Assembly: GCA_004022145.1 (NCBI GenBank)
Contig: RCNU01000004.1
DNA length: 64,000 bases
DNA from: Paecilomyces variotii
Lineage: Eukaryota
Direction: 5' to 3' (one strand)
The position numbers and the translations under genes are program-made. How positions within the stretch are numbered: position 1 is the first letter of the stretch; each line of letters opens with the position of its first letter. Below, in pieces: positions 63,601 to 64,000 of this stretch. A model generated the notes under the pieces. That model was given only the letters and a program-made list of their open reading frames with translations, had not been told where the DNA came from and made no database searches.

Positions 63601-64000
63601 CCCAGACATGCAGACTCGGGACACCATTTAGCAGCCATCTCGCAGGGGTTTCGAAGCTCTAAGAGACGCTTGATTGGAGAGGCCGCTGTAGTCCAGAGTA
63701 TCTAGACGGATACTGATCAAGTCTTGTCGACGCTGGCGGGCAAAGGCTTTGCCCCTAACTTACTTAACTTAACCGACGCGGCCCGATGCTGGATGATGAC
63801 ATAATGCACAGGACGATACGGTAACTTACCGGCGTTACGATACGAGCCCGGCAGCTTCTGCTTCAACGTAAACCTCCAAACTCTCGAATCCTCCCAACAT
63901 CCTGAATCTAAGCTCATCCTCTCCACCCCTCCCAATTGCTCACGCTCCTCCCGAATCTTTCGTCCCCGAAGGATTTGGCCTTACTGCTCTCCGCTTCTAG

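Noticed and set aside
61900-64000. Short ORFs in an AT-rich stretch at the window end
   Set aside because: Possibly decayed coding or repeat DNA, but no identifiable motif or consistent exon structure.
1-64000. CRISPR arrays, rRNA genes, intact transposons; many antisense ORFs in the track
   Set aside because: No regularly spaced repeats, rRNA-like sequence or intact transposase/RT ORF were seen; the antisense ORFs are shadows of real genes.

Overview
This is eukaryotic DNA from a filamentous ascomycete, most likely Eurotiales/Aspergillus-like: short GT-AG introns with CTRAY branch points, and the usgS-fmdS gene pair. There are about 22 protein-coding genes. Core genes are MRC1, NOT3/5, DTD1, CPR6, fmdS, usgS, INP1, SRP14 and SGD1. 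Accessory genes include an FMO, an FAD hydroxylase, a tannase/feruloyl esterase, a GH2 hydrolase, an alkylguanine transferase and a sugar porter. Decayed islands lie at about 15.3-19 kb, 47.5-49.1 kb and 51.4-55.3 kb. The standout observation is three intact initiator tRNA-Met(CAU) genes, plus a degenerate fourth copy, each interrupted between nt 27 and 28 by a 55-58 nt insert with U2-spliceosomal signals (GTAAG...CACTAAC...TAG) instead of a canonical 37/38 tRNA intron. Two of these tRNAs bracket a 4-exon gene that appears to fuse a serine-recombinase-like domain to three C2H2 zinc fingers. A 70-bp mini-LTR-like repeat occurs three times (one partial) in an NTPase+nuclease pseudogene. All family assignments come from motif recognition by eye; no searches were run.
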